Source: Polyangia bacterium
GTDB taxonomy: Bacteria; Myxococcota_A; Polyangia; JAAYKL01
Length of the DNA: 64,000 nt
Direction: 5' to 3'
Assembly: GCA_050304755.1 (NCBI GenBank)
Contig: JBNLED010000095.1
Coordinates: 7,635-71,634 of the forward strand
Shown here: piece after piece, positions 38,751 through 48,047 of the stretch
Layout of the letters: the number at the start of each line of letters is the position of its first letter
Numbering within the stretch: position 1 is the stretch's first letter
The notes under the pieces: model-generated
Told to the model about the DNA's origin: nothing
Databases searched by the model: none
Seen by the model: only the letters and a program-made list of their open reading frames with translations
Program-made: the position numbers and the translations under genes

Positions 38751-39542
38751 CTAGTGCCTGATGTTGTGAAAAGCGGCCTTCACGCGGGCGGTGATCGGAA
38801 GGAGACGTCGGAGGACGGCGCGGCCCATCGACCGCCCCCTCGCCTTCACGGGCTCGGGCAGATGTCCCGCAGCGTTCGTCGACCACCGCGCGGCCACGGC
38901 GCTCCCCCGCTTCGCCCCTGTCAGCAGGAACCCCAGCACCGGCGCGGCGTAGCGCACGACCGTACGCCACGCGTCCCGGAAGGGATGGGGCGACCAGTCC
39001 TGCTCCTCGGCCGGAGTCTCCTCCCCCTGGGTCTCGGCGGGATCGATGAAGGCGTCATCGGTAATCCGCAGCACCACCTGGACGGTGTGATCCGATTGAA
39101 TCGCGCCGATGTCCGAGACCACCGTCTCGATGGCCACCCCCCCCGTGCTCATCACCACGGGGCGCCCCAGCTCGAGGCAGAAGGTCTCGCCGATCGTCGC
39201 CGGCGGCAACGGCGCCTGGGGCGCGGCGTCGGAAACCGTCTCATTTGTGGCCGGCGCGCCCTCGGACGCCACCTTCAGCCCCACCCGGGCGCCGCCGCTG
39301 TCATCGGCCTCGGACCAGATGACCCGCGCGGACTGTTCGACAGGGGTCCGCCCGGAATCCCAGAAGATACGCAGCAGCACCTCGCTGTCCAGCGCCGGCA
39401 TCCCGTTGAAGTAGGCGCCGATGCCCGCGTCCGAGAGGTTGTCGGTCCGGCCCGAGCAGAACGGCTCGCCGTCGCTCCCGATCACCTCGATGGATTTCTC
39501 AATCGCCATCCGCTTCTCTTCCAAACGTCTCTCTTCGTACAT
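38751..39542 (-). CDS. PilZ-domain protein with ~130-aa C-terminal extension, first gene of the PilZ-PLD operon
   Basis: N-terminal ERRLEEKRMAIEKSIEVIG...GRTDNLSDAGIGAYF (R-rich motif plus NxSxxG) and VEQSARVIWSE...ARVGLKV fit the PilZ beta-barrel. The RxxxR spacing is atypical (RxxxxR). 263 aa. Confidence 0.55.
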   Translation of the reverse strand: MYEERRLEEKRMAIEKSIEVIGSDGEPFCSGRTDNLSDAGIGAYFNGMPALDSEVLLRIFWDSGRTPVEQSARVIWSEADDSGGARVGLKVASEGAPATNETVSDAAPQAPLPPATIGETFCLELGRPVVMSTGGVAIETVVSDIGAIQSDHTVQVVLRITDDAFIDPAETQGEETPAEEQDWSPHPFRDAWRTVVRYAAPVLGFLLTGAKRGSAVAARWSTNAAGHLPEPVKARGRSMGRAVLRRLLPITARVKAAFHNIRH

Positions 39543-39672
39543 ACTCCACCTCCGGTGTCACCGTGACACAGGGCTACTCTATCGTTTCGGGCGGATGGTT
39601 CAAAAAAATCGGCAAAGCCTTTCGACCCCAAAGTAATCCGGGCTGGGGGTGAGGGGCCGGGCAGACAGGGCC

Positions 39673-40437
39673 TCAATCCACCGGGATGAAGTAGGCGAGG
39701 CCGGCGGAGACGGACTGCTGGCCGGCGGGGGAGCCGTCGATGTACAGGGTGATCCCCTTCGGCAGGATGAAGCCCATGCCCATGCCGGCCTGGACAAAGT
39801 AGCGATCCCGCCCCTGGATCCTCTCCGCCGGAGCGTCGATGAAGATCGGACCGCCGAAGACGCGGGGGGCGAGGTAGAGACGCCAGACATCGAAGAGGGT
39901 GTACCCGACAGTGAGGCCGAGCTGAACATCGGTGGCCCAGAGGTGCCCCCTGATTCGGTCGGTGTCCTCGAAGGGGCTCCTCGAGTAGCTCGCGGCAAAT
40001 GAGATAGACAGGAAGGGCCGAGGCCCCTTCTCCTCCAACAGCTGCCATGTGAGCCTGAGGGAGAGGAGGAACCCTGTGCCCACCTCCAGGTCGAGCCCGT
40101 CACCGTACATCTCACCGTTGGTGACCGTCCCGCCCGCCAGAGAGAGGCTGAGCCGGTCGGAGAAGAAGTAGCCGACCTGCGCTACGGCGGTCTGCTGCAC
40201 GAGGGTGGGATCGGCGCCCCCCTCGAAGTGGAGGTGGGACCAGAACCGGCCGTACCCGGCGGACACCTGAACCCCCCGGGAGCCCTCCGTCCCGGGCTCA
40301 TCGGATTTCGGCGCGTTGCAGCCGGTCGGACCGACCGGCGCCCCCACCCCTCAGGAGACCGAGGGGCGCGGGAACAGGAGCATCGCCCCTGTCAGGAGCG
40401 CGCCGCAGAACATTGTTATAGTGTGCTTTCGCATCAT
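39673..40437 (-). pseudogene. Outer-membrane beta-barrel protein gene interrupted by an in-frame TGA (40351-40353) between the signal peptide and the mature domain
   Basis: ATG at 40437 encodes MMRKHTITMFCGALLTGAMLLFPRPSVS, then TGA, then continues in frame as GVGAPVGPTG...AGLAYFIPVD (alternating hydrophobic beta-strands). Without the upstream segment the barrel has no signal peptide. Confidence 0.5.
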
Positions 40438-40601
40438 ACAGGCTATATAAGATCCTGCGGCGGAATTGCCATGATCAAAAAAAAGAAGGGGTCCTTTCAA
40501 ACGACAAACACCGATTGTTATCCCGAGCCCTGAATCAATGTAGAGGTGGATTCACTCGCCGTATTCATGTAGATTGCCTACGAGACGTCAGGAAACAGTC
40601 G

Positions 40602-41846
40602 ATGGTGGAAGAGAACAGACGAAGCTTCAGAGCCTTGGTGGGGGCGCAATTCCTCGGCGCCTTCAACGACAACCTCTTCAAACAGCTGATGCTCTTCCTC
40701 GCGGCCGGCTACCTCTTCCCCGACCGCGACGTGCAGGGGCTCGCCTTCGCGGTCTTCGCCCTCCCCTTCGTGCTGTTCAGCGGCCTGGCCGGCGATCTGA
40801 GCGAGCGTTTCAGCAAGCGGGCCATCGTCTTTCGCATGAAGGTGGCCGAGATCGCGATCATGGGCCTCGGGGTGATCGCCTTCGCCACCCTCAGCTGGAC
40901 CTTCATGCTCGTGGTGCTCTTTTTGATGGGGATGCAGTCCGCCTTCTTCGGCCCCTCGAAGTACGGCGTCATCCCGGAGCTGATGCCGGCGCACCGGCTG
41001 CTGCGGGCCAACGGCATCATCTCGATGACCACGTTCGCGGCCATCCTCTTCGGCCAGGCCCTGGCGGGGCCCCTGCTGGACGGCTTCGGCGACCGGCTCT
41101 ACCTGCCGGCCCTCGCCTGCGTCCTCTTCGCCGTGCTCGGCACCCTTATCGCCGGGCGGATGACGCCCCTCGCCCCCCAGAACCCGGCGCAGCGGATCCC
41201 CCCCCACCCCTTCGGCAACCTCTTCTCCACCATGAAGCACCTCCGCGGCGGGAAGCGGATCCTCCGCTTCGTGCTGCTCAACTCCTTCTTCTGGTTCAAC
41301 GGCGGCGTGATCCAGCAGGCCATCGTGAGCCTGGGCGAGCCCGACTACCTCGACGTCGGCGTCGGCGAGAAGAGCCTCCTCTCCTATGTCCTGGTGACCC
41401 TCTCCATCTCGATCATCACCGGCAGCCTGCTGGTCCCCGTCATCTCCAAGCGGCTCGGTGTGGGGCGCACCATCATCACCGGCACCCTCCTGATGGTCGT
41501 CGGCCAGCTCTCCCTCCTCACCATCGGCCCCCTCTTCGACCGGGCCGGCGGGGGGCTCGTCATCACCCACGGCCTGATGGTGCTCATCGGGGTCTCCGGC
41601 GCCATGTTCGTGGTCCCGGTCCAGACCTACCTGCAGCACGCCCCGGAGCCGGGGAGGAAGGGGCAGACCTTCGCGGTCAACAACTTCATGAACTTCCTGT
41701 TCATCTTCGGGGGCGGCGTCTACTACCTGGCGGCCCGGATGCCCGCCTTCGACATCGGCCCGACGGCCGCCCAGGCCCTCTCCAGCCTGATGGTGCTGGG
41801 GTTCCTGCTTCTCAACCGGCGTCTCGTGATGAAGATGATCATCTAG
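40602..41846 (+). CDS. MFS transporter, LplT-like (lysophospholipid transporter family)
   Basis: AGGAAA RBS. FRALVGAQFLGAFNDNLFKQLMLFLAAGYL N-terminus typical of LplT. 12 TM helices. The ORF extends upstream to 40515. Confidence 0.75.
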   Translation: MVEENRRSFRALVGAQFLGAFNDNLFKQLMLFLAAGYLFPDRDVQGLAFAVFALPFVLFSGLAGDLSERFSKRAIVFRMKVAEIAIMGLGVIAFATLSWTFMLVVLFLMGMQSAFFGPSKYGVIPELMPAHRLLRANGIISMTTFAAILFGQALAGPLLDGFGDRLYLPALACVLFAVLGTLIAGRMTPLAPQNPAQRIPPHPFGNLFSTMKHLRGGKRILRFVLLNSFFWFNGGVIQQAIVSLGEPDYLDVGVGEKSLLSYVLVTLSISIITGSLLVPVISKRLGVGRTIITGTLLMVVGQLSLLTIGPLFDRAGGGLVITHGLMVLIGVSGAMFVVPVQTYLQHAPEPGRKGQTFAVNNFMNFLFIFGGGVYYLAARMPAFDIGPTAAQALSSLMVLGFLLLNRRLVMKMII

Positions 41847-42673
41847 GGTTTTAGGGAGATCACCCGCCCCGCCGTCAGGGTGACGACCGTGGGGACCCCC
41901 GGCTGACGGCGGGAGATCCGGCGGAGCAGGCCGGTGAAGCGGATCTGCCGCCCCCTGACGAGGCGCTCGGCCGCGGCGATGTCGTAGGTGGCCACCACGA
42001 TATTGTACCTCCGGTAGAGCGGCTTTTAAGGGTTGGCGATGTAGATCACCGCCCGGCCCCGCGACGCCCTCACGTCCACCACCTCCCCCTCCCAGACCAC
42101 CGGCATGCCCTTGAGGCCGGCCCAGTTGTGCCGGACGGCGAGCCGGGTGTTCTGCGTCACGTCCACCATGTCGACAAACTGCTCGAAGCTCATCCGAGTT
42201 GAAGTTGCGCTCTGATTCAGAGGCGGGGATGGCGGCGGATTGGCGATGATCCCCTCTATCCGCCCCGCCCCCAGGACGACGACCATCGGACTCCCCCGCC
42301 GGGCCTTGTACCGCTCCAGGGCGCCGGTGAAGCGGACCATCTGCCCCGTCGAGAGATTCGAGACGACATTGTAGTCGGCGGTCGAGAGCACGATGTTGTA
42401 CCCCCGATAGGTGAGCCCGTCCGGGTGGGCCAGGTAGATCTGCTGGCGAGTCCGGCCGAGCCGCACCGCCGTTATGGTGGCGTCCCAGGTCACCCGACGC
42501 CCCCGCCAGCCGTGCCAGAAGCGCTCCGCCGCGAGGGGGGTGTTGTCGAGGGAGCTCAGCCCCGACGCGATCTGGGAGAAGGAGACCGCCTCTGACGCGG
42601 CCGCGGCGCGCGGGGCCGAGGACAAGAGAAAGAATGCGAGTAATAGTGAGAAGTGTTTCAATGAATAGCGCAT
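41843..42673 (-). pseudogene. Secreted protein with two ~110-aa tandem homologous domains, interrupted by an in-frame TAA (42026-42028) inside the second domain
   Basis: Signal peptide MRYSLKHFSLLLAFFLLSSAPRAAAA. Domain 1 contains ...QIYLAHPDGLTYRGYNIVLSTADYNVVSNLSTGQMVRFTGALERYKARRGSPMVVVLGAGRI. Domain 2 reads ...AVIYIANP, then TAA, then KPLYRRYNIVVATYDIAAAERLVRGRQIRFTGLLRRISRRQPGVPTVVTLTAGRVISLKP. Homology continues ~60 codons past the stop to TAG at 41843. Confidence 0.5.
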
Positions 42674-42782
42674 CGTTCGACTCCTTTGTGGGCCTCATTG
42701 ATATCCAACACCGGTGTTGGGAGAAAGGCACACCGGAATCGTCATCCAATGGCGGGTTCGATCGCGGCGGGGTTTGGCTGCT

Positions 42783-42818
42783 TGTCATAAGGACGGAAAG
42801 GACTCAAGGGACTTAAAG
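42783..42818. repeat. Four direct 9-nt repeats with GGACT core (ggacggaaa ggactcaag ggacttaaa ggacttggg), upstream of the 41843-42673 gene
   Basis: Seen directly. ~110 nt upstream of the minus-strand start at 42673. Possible regulator binding array. Confidence 0.35.
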
Positions 42819-43106
42819 GACTTGGGTAAAGTATATCTAAAAAGATACATTACTCCTCGTCCTCGCGTCCTGCGCTTCGAAAGAAACGCTACCTTTAACA
42901 GGAAAAGCGCCGGTTGAAACGAAATCGGCGAAACCTGTAAAGCAACACCCCGCCGTTGAAACAGGACCGACGCAAATCGAGAGCTGCAAGGATCGGACGA
43001 CCCGGGAACGGAGGTCCGGGTCTCCCGACGGACGCTCCACCGGGATCCGATCCGGTAGCTCTCGTTGTGTCTTGGATGAATCTCGCCGACCAATGGAACG
43101 AGTGGC

Positions 43107-45467
43107 TCAGGCCTTCACCGTCCGCTTGGCGACAACGTAGATGAGGGCGACTGAGGCATATCCGACAGCACCAGCGAAGATCATCTTGGAGAAGCCGGTG
43201 TTGGTGATGGCGGTCATGGCGAACGAGGACCCCAGCACCGAGGACAAGGTGGCGATGCCGTAGGTCATGGGCACGGTGGACGCCTTCTTGGCCGCGACCA
43301 GCGAGGCCACCCCGAGGGGGTAGTACATGCCGAGGGCGAGCCCCACGGGACAGACGGCGACCGCCACGAGGAGGAGCTTGACGATGAGGGGCACGGACAG
43401 CAGGTGCATGTTGTAGAGCTGCACGAGGCCGATCGCCCAGACCACCGCGGCCACGGTGATGAGGGCCAGGGTCTTGGGCCCCCGCATGATGCGCCGCTTG
43501 TCCTGGAGCAACGCGCCGATGCCGTTGAACACCAGGAAGGTGGCCAGGATGACCGCCACGGCGTACAGGGGGTTCCCAAGGAAGAGCTCGGTCTTGGCCA
43601 TGAGTCCCACCTCCACGCACATATACGAGATGCCCGAGACGAGGAAGTAGAGCAGCCACGGCAGCGGCACCCGGCTCGCCTTCCCCCCGCGGAACCGGGC
43701 CACCAGCACCACCACCACCGAGACGAAGAAGAAAAGGATGACGGTGAAGATCTTGATCCACCCGGAGGAGTACTCCTGGTTCTTGAGCTGCTTCATGGTG
43801 GGGAATAGAGTGAACCCGGTGAGCTCCACCTTCCGCATGAAGGGGGAGTCGTCGGTGAGCATCTCCAGGGCGTCGACGGGGGCATTGATGACCCTTACCA
43901 GCCGGTCCAGGCCGTGCTCCTCGTCGTAGGGAGAGTAGAGCCTGCGCATCTTCTTGTCGATGGAGCGGGCCTTGGCCTCCATCTTCCCGATGTCCTCTCG
44001 GGTGAGCCCCTGGGGACGCAGCACCAGCGTGTCCATGAGGGGAATGGGCGCCCGCCCCATGATGTGGATGGCCTTCTTGAAGTCCTTCATCCCCCGCTCT
44101 TTAAAGAGCTTCCGGAAGGCGACGATCTTGTACATCACCATCTGGCTGGCGAAGACCATCATCCCATCATCGGTGAGGTGATCCAGGTAGGCGCTCATGG
44201 CCTCGTAGGTGTCGAGGTACTTCCGGGAGTGGCCGGTCCGGTTGGCGTGGATGGAGCCGTTGGTGGCGAGGAAGATGAAGTCGTACTTCTCCTTTGTGGT
44301 GTTGAGGAAGTCCCGGCCCTCCATGGGCACAAGGTTGATCCCCGGCCGTCTCAGGAAGTTGTGCAGGTTCATGCTGTGCAGCACCGGGTGCTGGGCGAGG
44401 CCCGTGACCGCGTCGTTGAGCTCCACCCCAGTGATCCGGGCGTTGCCCTGGGCGAGGCGGTCGATGAACACCATGTCCCGCGCCACCCCGGCGAACATCA
44501 CCAAGACGTTCTTCGGCTCGTGTTCGGTGATAAACGGGAACGAGTGGTGCAGGGTGAAGGGCAGGATGTCCTCGCGGGTCTGATCCGGATCATAGCGGTA
44601 GACGTGGACGTTGCTGATACCGTCGTCCTGGGTCACGGTGAACTTTTCAACCTGGGCCTTGCGGGCGTTGGCCCCCGCGCGGATGAGGGTGGTCCGGGCG
44701 AGGGAGTTCCAGCGGACGTCCACCTCCTTCACCTCTTCCTTAGTCCGCGGCCGGAGCAGGGTCCGGGCCAGCCACTGGACGTCCGGCTTCTCTTTGAAGA
44801 TGGTCTCGTTGACCGAGAGGACGTAGGTAACGCCGAAGATGAGCGCCATGACGGCCACGATCGGCACTTTGCGCTTGACCCGGGTGTTGAGCACCAGCAG
44901 GAAGGCCAGGAAGAACAGGATGATCAGCGTGGGCTGGAGATCCGTGTAGGTGAACATCATGGGCGCGATGATGCAGCCGATGCCCGCCCCGAGGAGGTCG
45001 AAGAAGTAGAGCTGGCCGATGCGGCTCGACCCGATGGTGAAGTAGCTGGAGAGCAGCGCGCCGAACAGGAAATACGGCGGCAGGAACAGGACGGAATAGA
45101 CGATGAGCTTGGCCGAGTCCCGGGCCGGGTTGGAGAGGGCGATGTGGATCTGGCTGAAGAAGGCGTTCGCGATGATGAAGAAGAGGATGAACACCACAAC
45201 CATGGTCGGGAAGGCCGCCACGGAGAAACGGCGGATCAGCTTCTCCCGCGAGCCCTTGTAGAAGAAGTGGCAGTACATGGAGCCGAGGGCGAGGCCGAAG
45301 AGGGCGAGGGGGATGGCGAGGAAGTTGGAGATCCCGCCGAGGAAGAACGCGAGGAGGCGCACCTGGACCAGCTCGTACATGAGGCTGGTGGCGCCGATGA
45401 GGAAAATGCCGGCGTAGATTTCGCGGTTGGTCAGCTTGTTTTCTTCAGACATCAATTCCCCTTTCAA
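43107..45467 (-). CDS. Polytopic membrane protein with embedded spermidine/spermine-synthase-like (PABS methyltransferase-fold) domain
   Basis: ~7 N-terminal TM helices. Central soluble region NVLVMFAGVARDMVFIDRLAQGNARITGVELNDAV...YDFIFLA resembles the Rossmann segment of spermidine synthases. ~5 C-terminal TM helices. 786 aa. Confidence 0.5.
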   Translation of the reverse strand: MKGELMSEENKLTNREIYAGIFLIGATSLMYELVQVRLLAFFLGGISNFLAIPLALFGLALGSMYCHFFYKGSREKLIRRFSVAAFPTMVVVFILFFIIANAFFSQIHIALSNPARDSAKLIVYSVLFLPPYFLFGALLSSYFTIGSSRIGQLYFFDLLGAGIGCIIAPMMFTYTDLQPTLIILFFLAFLLVLNTRVKRKVPIVAVMALIFGVTYVLSVNETIFKEKPDVQWLARTLLRPRTKEEVKEVDVRWNSLARTTLIRAGANARKAQVEKFTVTQDDGISNVHVYRYDPDQTREDILPFTLHHSFPFITEHEPKNVLVMFAGVARDMVFIDRLAQGNARITGVELNDAVTGLAQHPVLHSMNLHNFLRRPGINLVPMEGRDFLNTTKEKYDFIFLATNGSIHANRTGHSRKYLDTYEAMSAYLDHLTDDGMMVFASQMVMYKIVAFRKLFKERGMKDFKKAIHIMGRAPIPLMDTLVLRPQGLTREDIGKMEAKARSIDKKMRRLYSPYDEEHGLDRLVRVINAPVDALEMLTDDSPFMRKVELTGFTLFPTMKQLKNQEYSSGWIKIFTVILFFFVSVVVVLVARFRGGKASRVPLPWLLYFLVSGISYMCVEVGLMAKTELFLGNPLYAVAVILATFLVFNGIGALLQDKRRIMRGPKTLALITVAAVVWAIGLVQLYNMHLLSVPLIVKLLLVAVAVCPVGLALGMYYPLGVASLVAAKKASTVPMTYGIATLSSVLGSSFAMTAITNTGFSKMIFAGAVGYASVALIYVVAKRTVKA

Positions 45468-45553
45468 GACTTAGTCGTCCATAAAGTATGCCAACATAGC
45501 CGGAAGGTGTTTTTTTTCAACCCAAAACGTTAGGGGGGACCGAAGAGGACCGT

Positions 45554-47242
45554 TCAGGGCATGTATCCGCCCTCATTGTCGTTGAAGGTCCACGAAGGTT
45601 TCTCCTGGTCGATGTTATCTTCCCACTTCTCACGCTCTATCGACAGGAAGGATTCCGTCCCTTCGAGATACCCGGCGGGAAACGTGCCCTCCTGAAAGCT
45701 GAGCTCGTAGTCCGGGTTTCCGTACAACCACACCGCCTGTAGATCGGTGCAGCCGGTCAGATTCAGGCGGTGCGACGGATCGCTGCCGTCATACCTCAGA
45801 TCGTTATCGCTGAGGTCCAGATGCTGCAACGACGCGCACTCGTCAAGGAATAGCTCCTGTAGTTCATTGCCGCAGAGCTCCAGGTGCGTCAGCGCGTTCG
45901 CGTTCGGGGCGAGCACGATACGCGGGATGCGGTTGTCGCTGAAGTCGACGTGAGTCAACTCGGGGCTCTCGGAGAGGTCGACGGCATAGTCTATCCGGTT
46001 CCCCCCGGCGGAGATGCTCTCCAGGTCGGGCTTGCCCGAGAAATCGAGATCGGGCCCTTCACCCGAGAAGTTGTCGTTCTCCAGATAGAGGATCTTCAAC
46101 CGGGAGGCGCCGGAAATATCGAGCTCGGAGAGGCTCGTCTCGCTCAGGTGGAGCTCCTCCACGGCGCTGGCGTCATCGGGCATCGCCAAGTCTTCGAGGG
46201 AAGAATTCTCGTAGAGATTGATGTAGTTGAGGCGGTTATTCGATGAGAGATCAATCGACAGAATCTGGTTGTCCGAGGCGGACAGCCACTCCAGGTCCGT
46301 ATTGCCGCTCACGTCGAGCCCGGTGAGGCCATTCCCCCCGACATTCAGGGTGCGGAGCCGGGTGAAGTCGTTCAGTTCGATGCTGACGACCCCCGTCTCG
46401 GTCAGATCCAGGTATTCGAGGGTATCGGTCTCGGGCAGGATGATCTCCCCGATGGGGTTTTCGGCCAGATCCAGGTATTCCAGCCGCTCGCTGGCGTGGA
46501 GGTCGAGGGGGTGGGAGATTCTGTTTCCCGCGAGCTCCACGTTCACGAGCCAGGGCTTGTTCTCGAGATCGATGGTCTCGACGGCGTTCCCCGCGGCGAG
46601 GTGCAGGGACTCCAGGTTCTCCGCGTAGGAGAGATCGATGGAGGAGATGCGGTTGTTGTTCAGGGCGAGCATCCGAACCGACGGGCCGGCCGGAAGGCCC
46701 ACCCACTCGAGCACTTCGTTGTAAGGCAGCCACACCCACTCGACAAATCGGTTGTTCATCAAATCGACGGTCGGGATTCGGTTCCCTTCGAAATAGAAGT
46801 GGGTCATCTTCGTGATACAACGGATGGTGGGGTAGACCGCAATGACGCCCATCTCGCTCGCCTGGACCTCCTCGGTCTCGACTGACGCCATGAGCGGCGA
46901 GCCGTCGTCCAGCCGCCCGATCAGGATCTCCCCCTCCTCGGGGCACCAGTCGTCCGGCGCCTCGTGACAGGTCGGCCGCAGTCTTTCGAAAGCGGCGTCG
47001 TCCTCGGCGTGGACGTCCTCGACATCGTACCAGTACATCCCCCTCGCCCGGCAGACCGCGCGGGGGTCGTCCCGGGTATCCGTCGCCTCCTCTGTCTCTG
47101 TTCCGGTGTCCCGCGCGTCGTCGTTGGAGTTCGCCTTGAGATCATCGTACTCCCCGACGATGGCCTGGCACCCGCTGACGACGAGCAAGAGGAGACCGGC
47201 GCAGATTCGGCCGTCATTCCATCGTGCAATCCCCAATTTCAC
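45554..47242 (-). CDS. Leucine-rich-repeat lipoprotein
   Basis: Signal peptide with lipobox (LLLVVSGC). Many ~22-aa LRR units (LExLxLxxNxIxxIDLSxxxxL), e.g. LEYLDLAENPIGEIILPETDTLEYLDLTETGVVSIELNDFTRLRTLNVGGNGLTGLDVSGNTDLEWLSASDNQILSIDLSSNNRLNYINL. GTG at 47242 or TTG at 47236 (GGAGA RBS). Confidence 0.8.
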   Translation of the reverse strand: MKLGIARWNDGRICAGLLLLVVSGCQAIVGEYDDLKANSNDDARDTGTETEEATDTRDDPRAVCRARGMYWYDVEDVHAEDDAAFERLRPTCHEAPDDWCPEEGEILIGRLDDGSPLMASVETEEVQASEMGVIAVYPTIRCITKMTHFYFEGNRIPTVDLMNNRFVEWVWLPYNEVLEWVGLPAGPSVRMLALNNNRISSIDLSYAENLESLHLAAGNAVETIDLENKPWLVNVELAGNRISHPLDLHASERLEYLDLAENPIGEIILPETDTLEYLDLTETGVVSIELNDFTRLRTLNVGGNGLTGLDVSGNTDLEWLSASDNQILSIDLSSNNRLNYINLYENSSLEDLAMPDDASAVEELHLSETSLSELDISGASRLKILYLENDNFSGEGPDLDFSGKPDLESISAGGNRIDYAVDLSESPELTHVDFSDNRIPRIVLAPNANALTHLELCGNELQELFLDECASLQHLDLSDNDLRYDGSDPSHRLNLTGCTDLQAVWLYGNPDYELSFQEGTFPAGYLEGTESFLSIEREKWEDNIDQEKPSWTFNDNEGGYMP

Positions 47243-47410
47243 TCTCCACCTCGTTTCACTTTAGGGATTCCGGTATACCCTATTTGAAACCAACAGATGA
47301 GGATCGTCAAACTGATTTCATAAAAATCGAATCCCCGATGACCGCGGTTGACAATTATCTTTTACATATTACTCAAAATGATATTAACCTCGAGCATTGC
47401 TGGACGGTGA

Positions 47411-48028
47411 ATGATGAAAAGAAACTCTGAACTCGGCTCAATACTCGCTGGCGCCCTGGCGCTTCTGCTGTGGACGGGCGCCCCCGGAGAGGCGTCCGCC
47501 CAGCATCCGACCGGGAAGAACGCGGTGGACGGCGGCTTCGGTTTTCAGGTGGGGATGGGCCACTGGGCGCCGGGGGGGTTCAAGTGGTTCAACGAGTACA
47601 ACCGGGGGTTGACGGACCTGGTGTGGCTCAACCTGGGGGTCAACGTCACCCTGGGGGACATGGACGACGACCGGTGCTGGTACGACGACCGAAGAAACCG
47701 GTGGGTCTGCGACAACGACGGACACTGGGACGGCAACGCGGTGCAGTTCGTCTTCGGGGTCAAGCTCCGGTTCGAGCTCAAGAAGTTCCCCGTCGTCATC
47801 GACGCCATCCTGGGCGGGGCCACCGATCTATTCTTCTTCGGCGGCGATTACGAGGGGGTTGCCATCGGTTTCAAGGGCGGCCCCGGCTTCCACTATTTCT
47901 TCTTCGACAACCTGGGCGTCGGCGCCAAGTTCACCTTCATGCTCGGACCGGCGTTCACAAAGCAGGAGGGGGCCGAGTTCTACGGCGCCTTCGACTTCCA
48001 ATTGATCGGCGTGGAGTTCCGATTCTAG
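47411..48028 (+). CDS. Small outer-membrane beta-barrel protein (OmpW/OmpA-like 8-strand type)
   Basis: Signal peptide MMKRNSELGSILAGALALLLWTGAPGEASA. Alternating beta-strand pattern. C-terminal aromatic residue (FQLIGVEFRF). Confidence 0.6.
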   Translation: MMKRNSELGSILAGALALLLWTGAPGEASAQHPTGKNAVDGGFGFQVGMGHWAPGGFKWFNEYNRGLTDLVWLNLGVNVTLGDMDDDRCWYDDRRNRWVCDNDGHWDGNAVQFVFGVKLRFELKKFPVVIDAILGGATDLFFFGGDYEGVAIGFKGGPGFHYFFFDNLGVGAKFTFMLGPAFTKQEGAEFYGAFDFQLIGVEFRF

Positions 48029-48047
48029 ACACATCACAGAGGACGAC

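Noticed and set aside
40351-40353. TGA recoding (Gly or Sec) as an explanation for the in-frame stop in the OMP gene
   Set aside because: TGA terminates several well-conserved genes here (rph, the MTH1187 gene, the MCP) at expected lengths. No SECIS-like element is evident, and the second interrupted gene uses TAA. Pseudogene or sequencing error is more parsimonious.
42895-43761. 288-aa minus-strand ORF overlapping the 3' end of the spermidine-synthase-like gene in another frame
   Set aside because: Alternative frame of a gene with a coherent TM and domain architecture. The translation is Gly/Arg/Pro-rich.
47348-47376. TTGACA -35-like hexamer in the divergent LRR/OMP promoter region
   Set aside because: No acceptable -10 element at 16-18 nt spacing. 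Promoter calls without transcript data would be guesswork.
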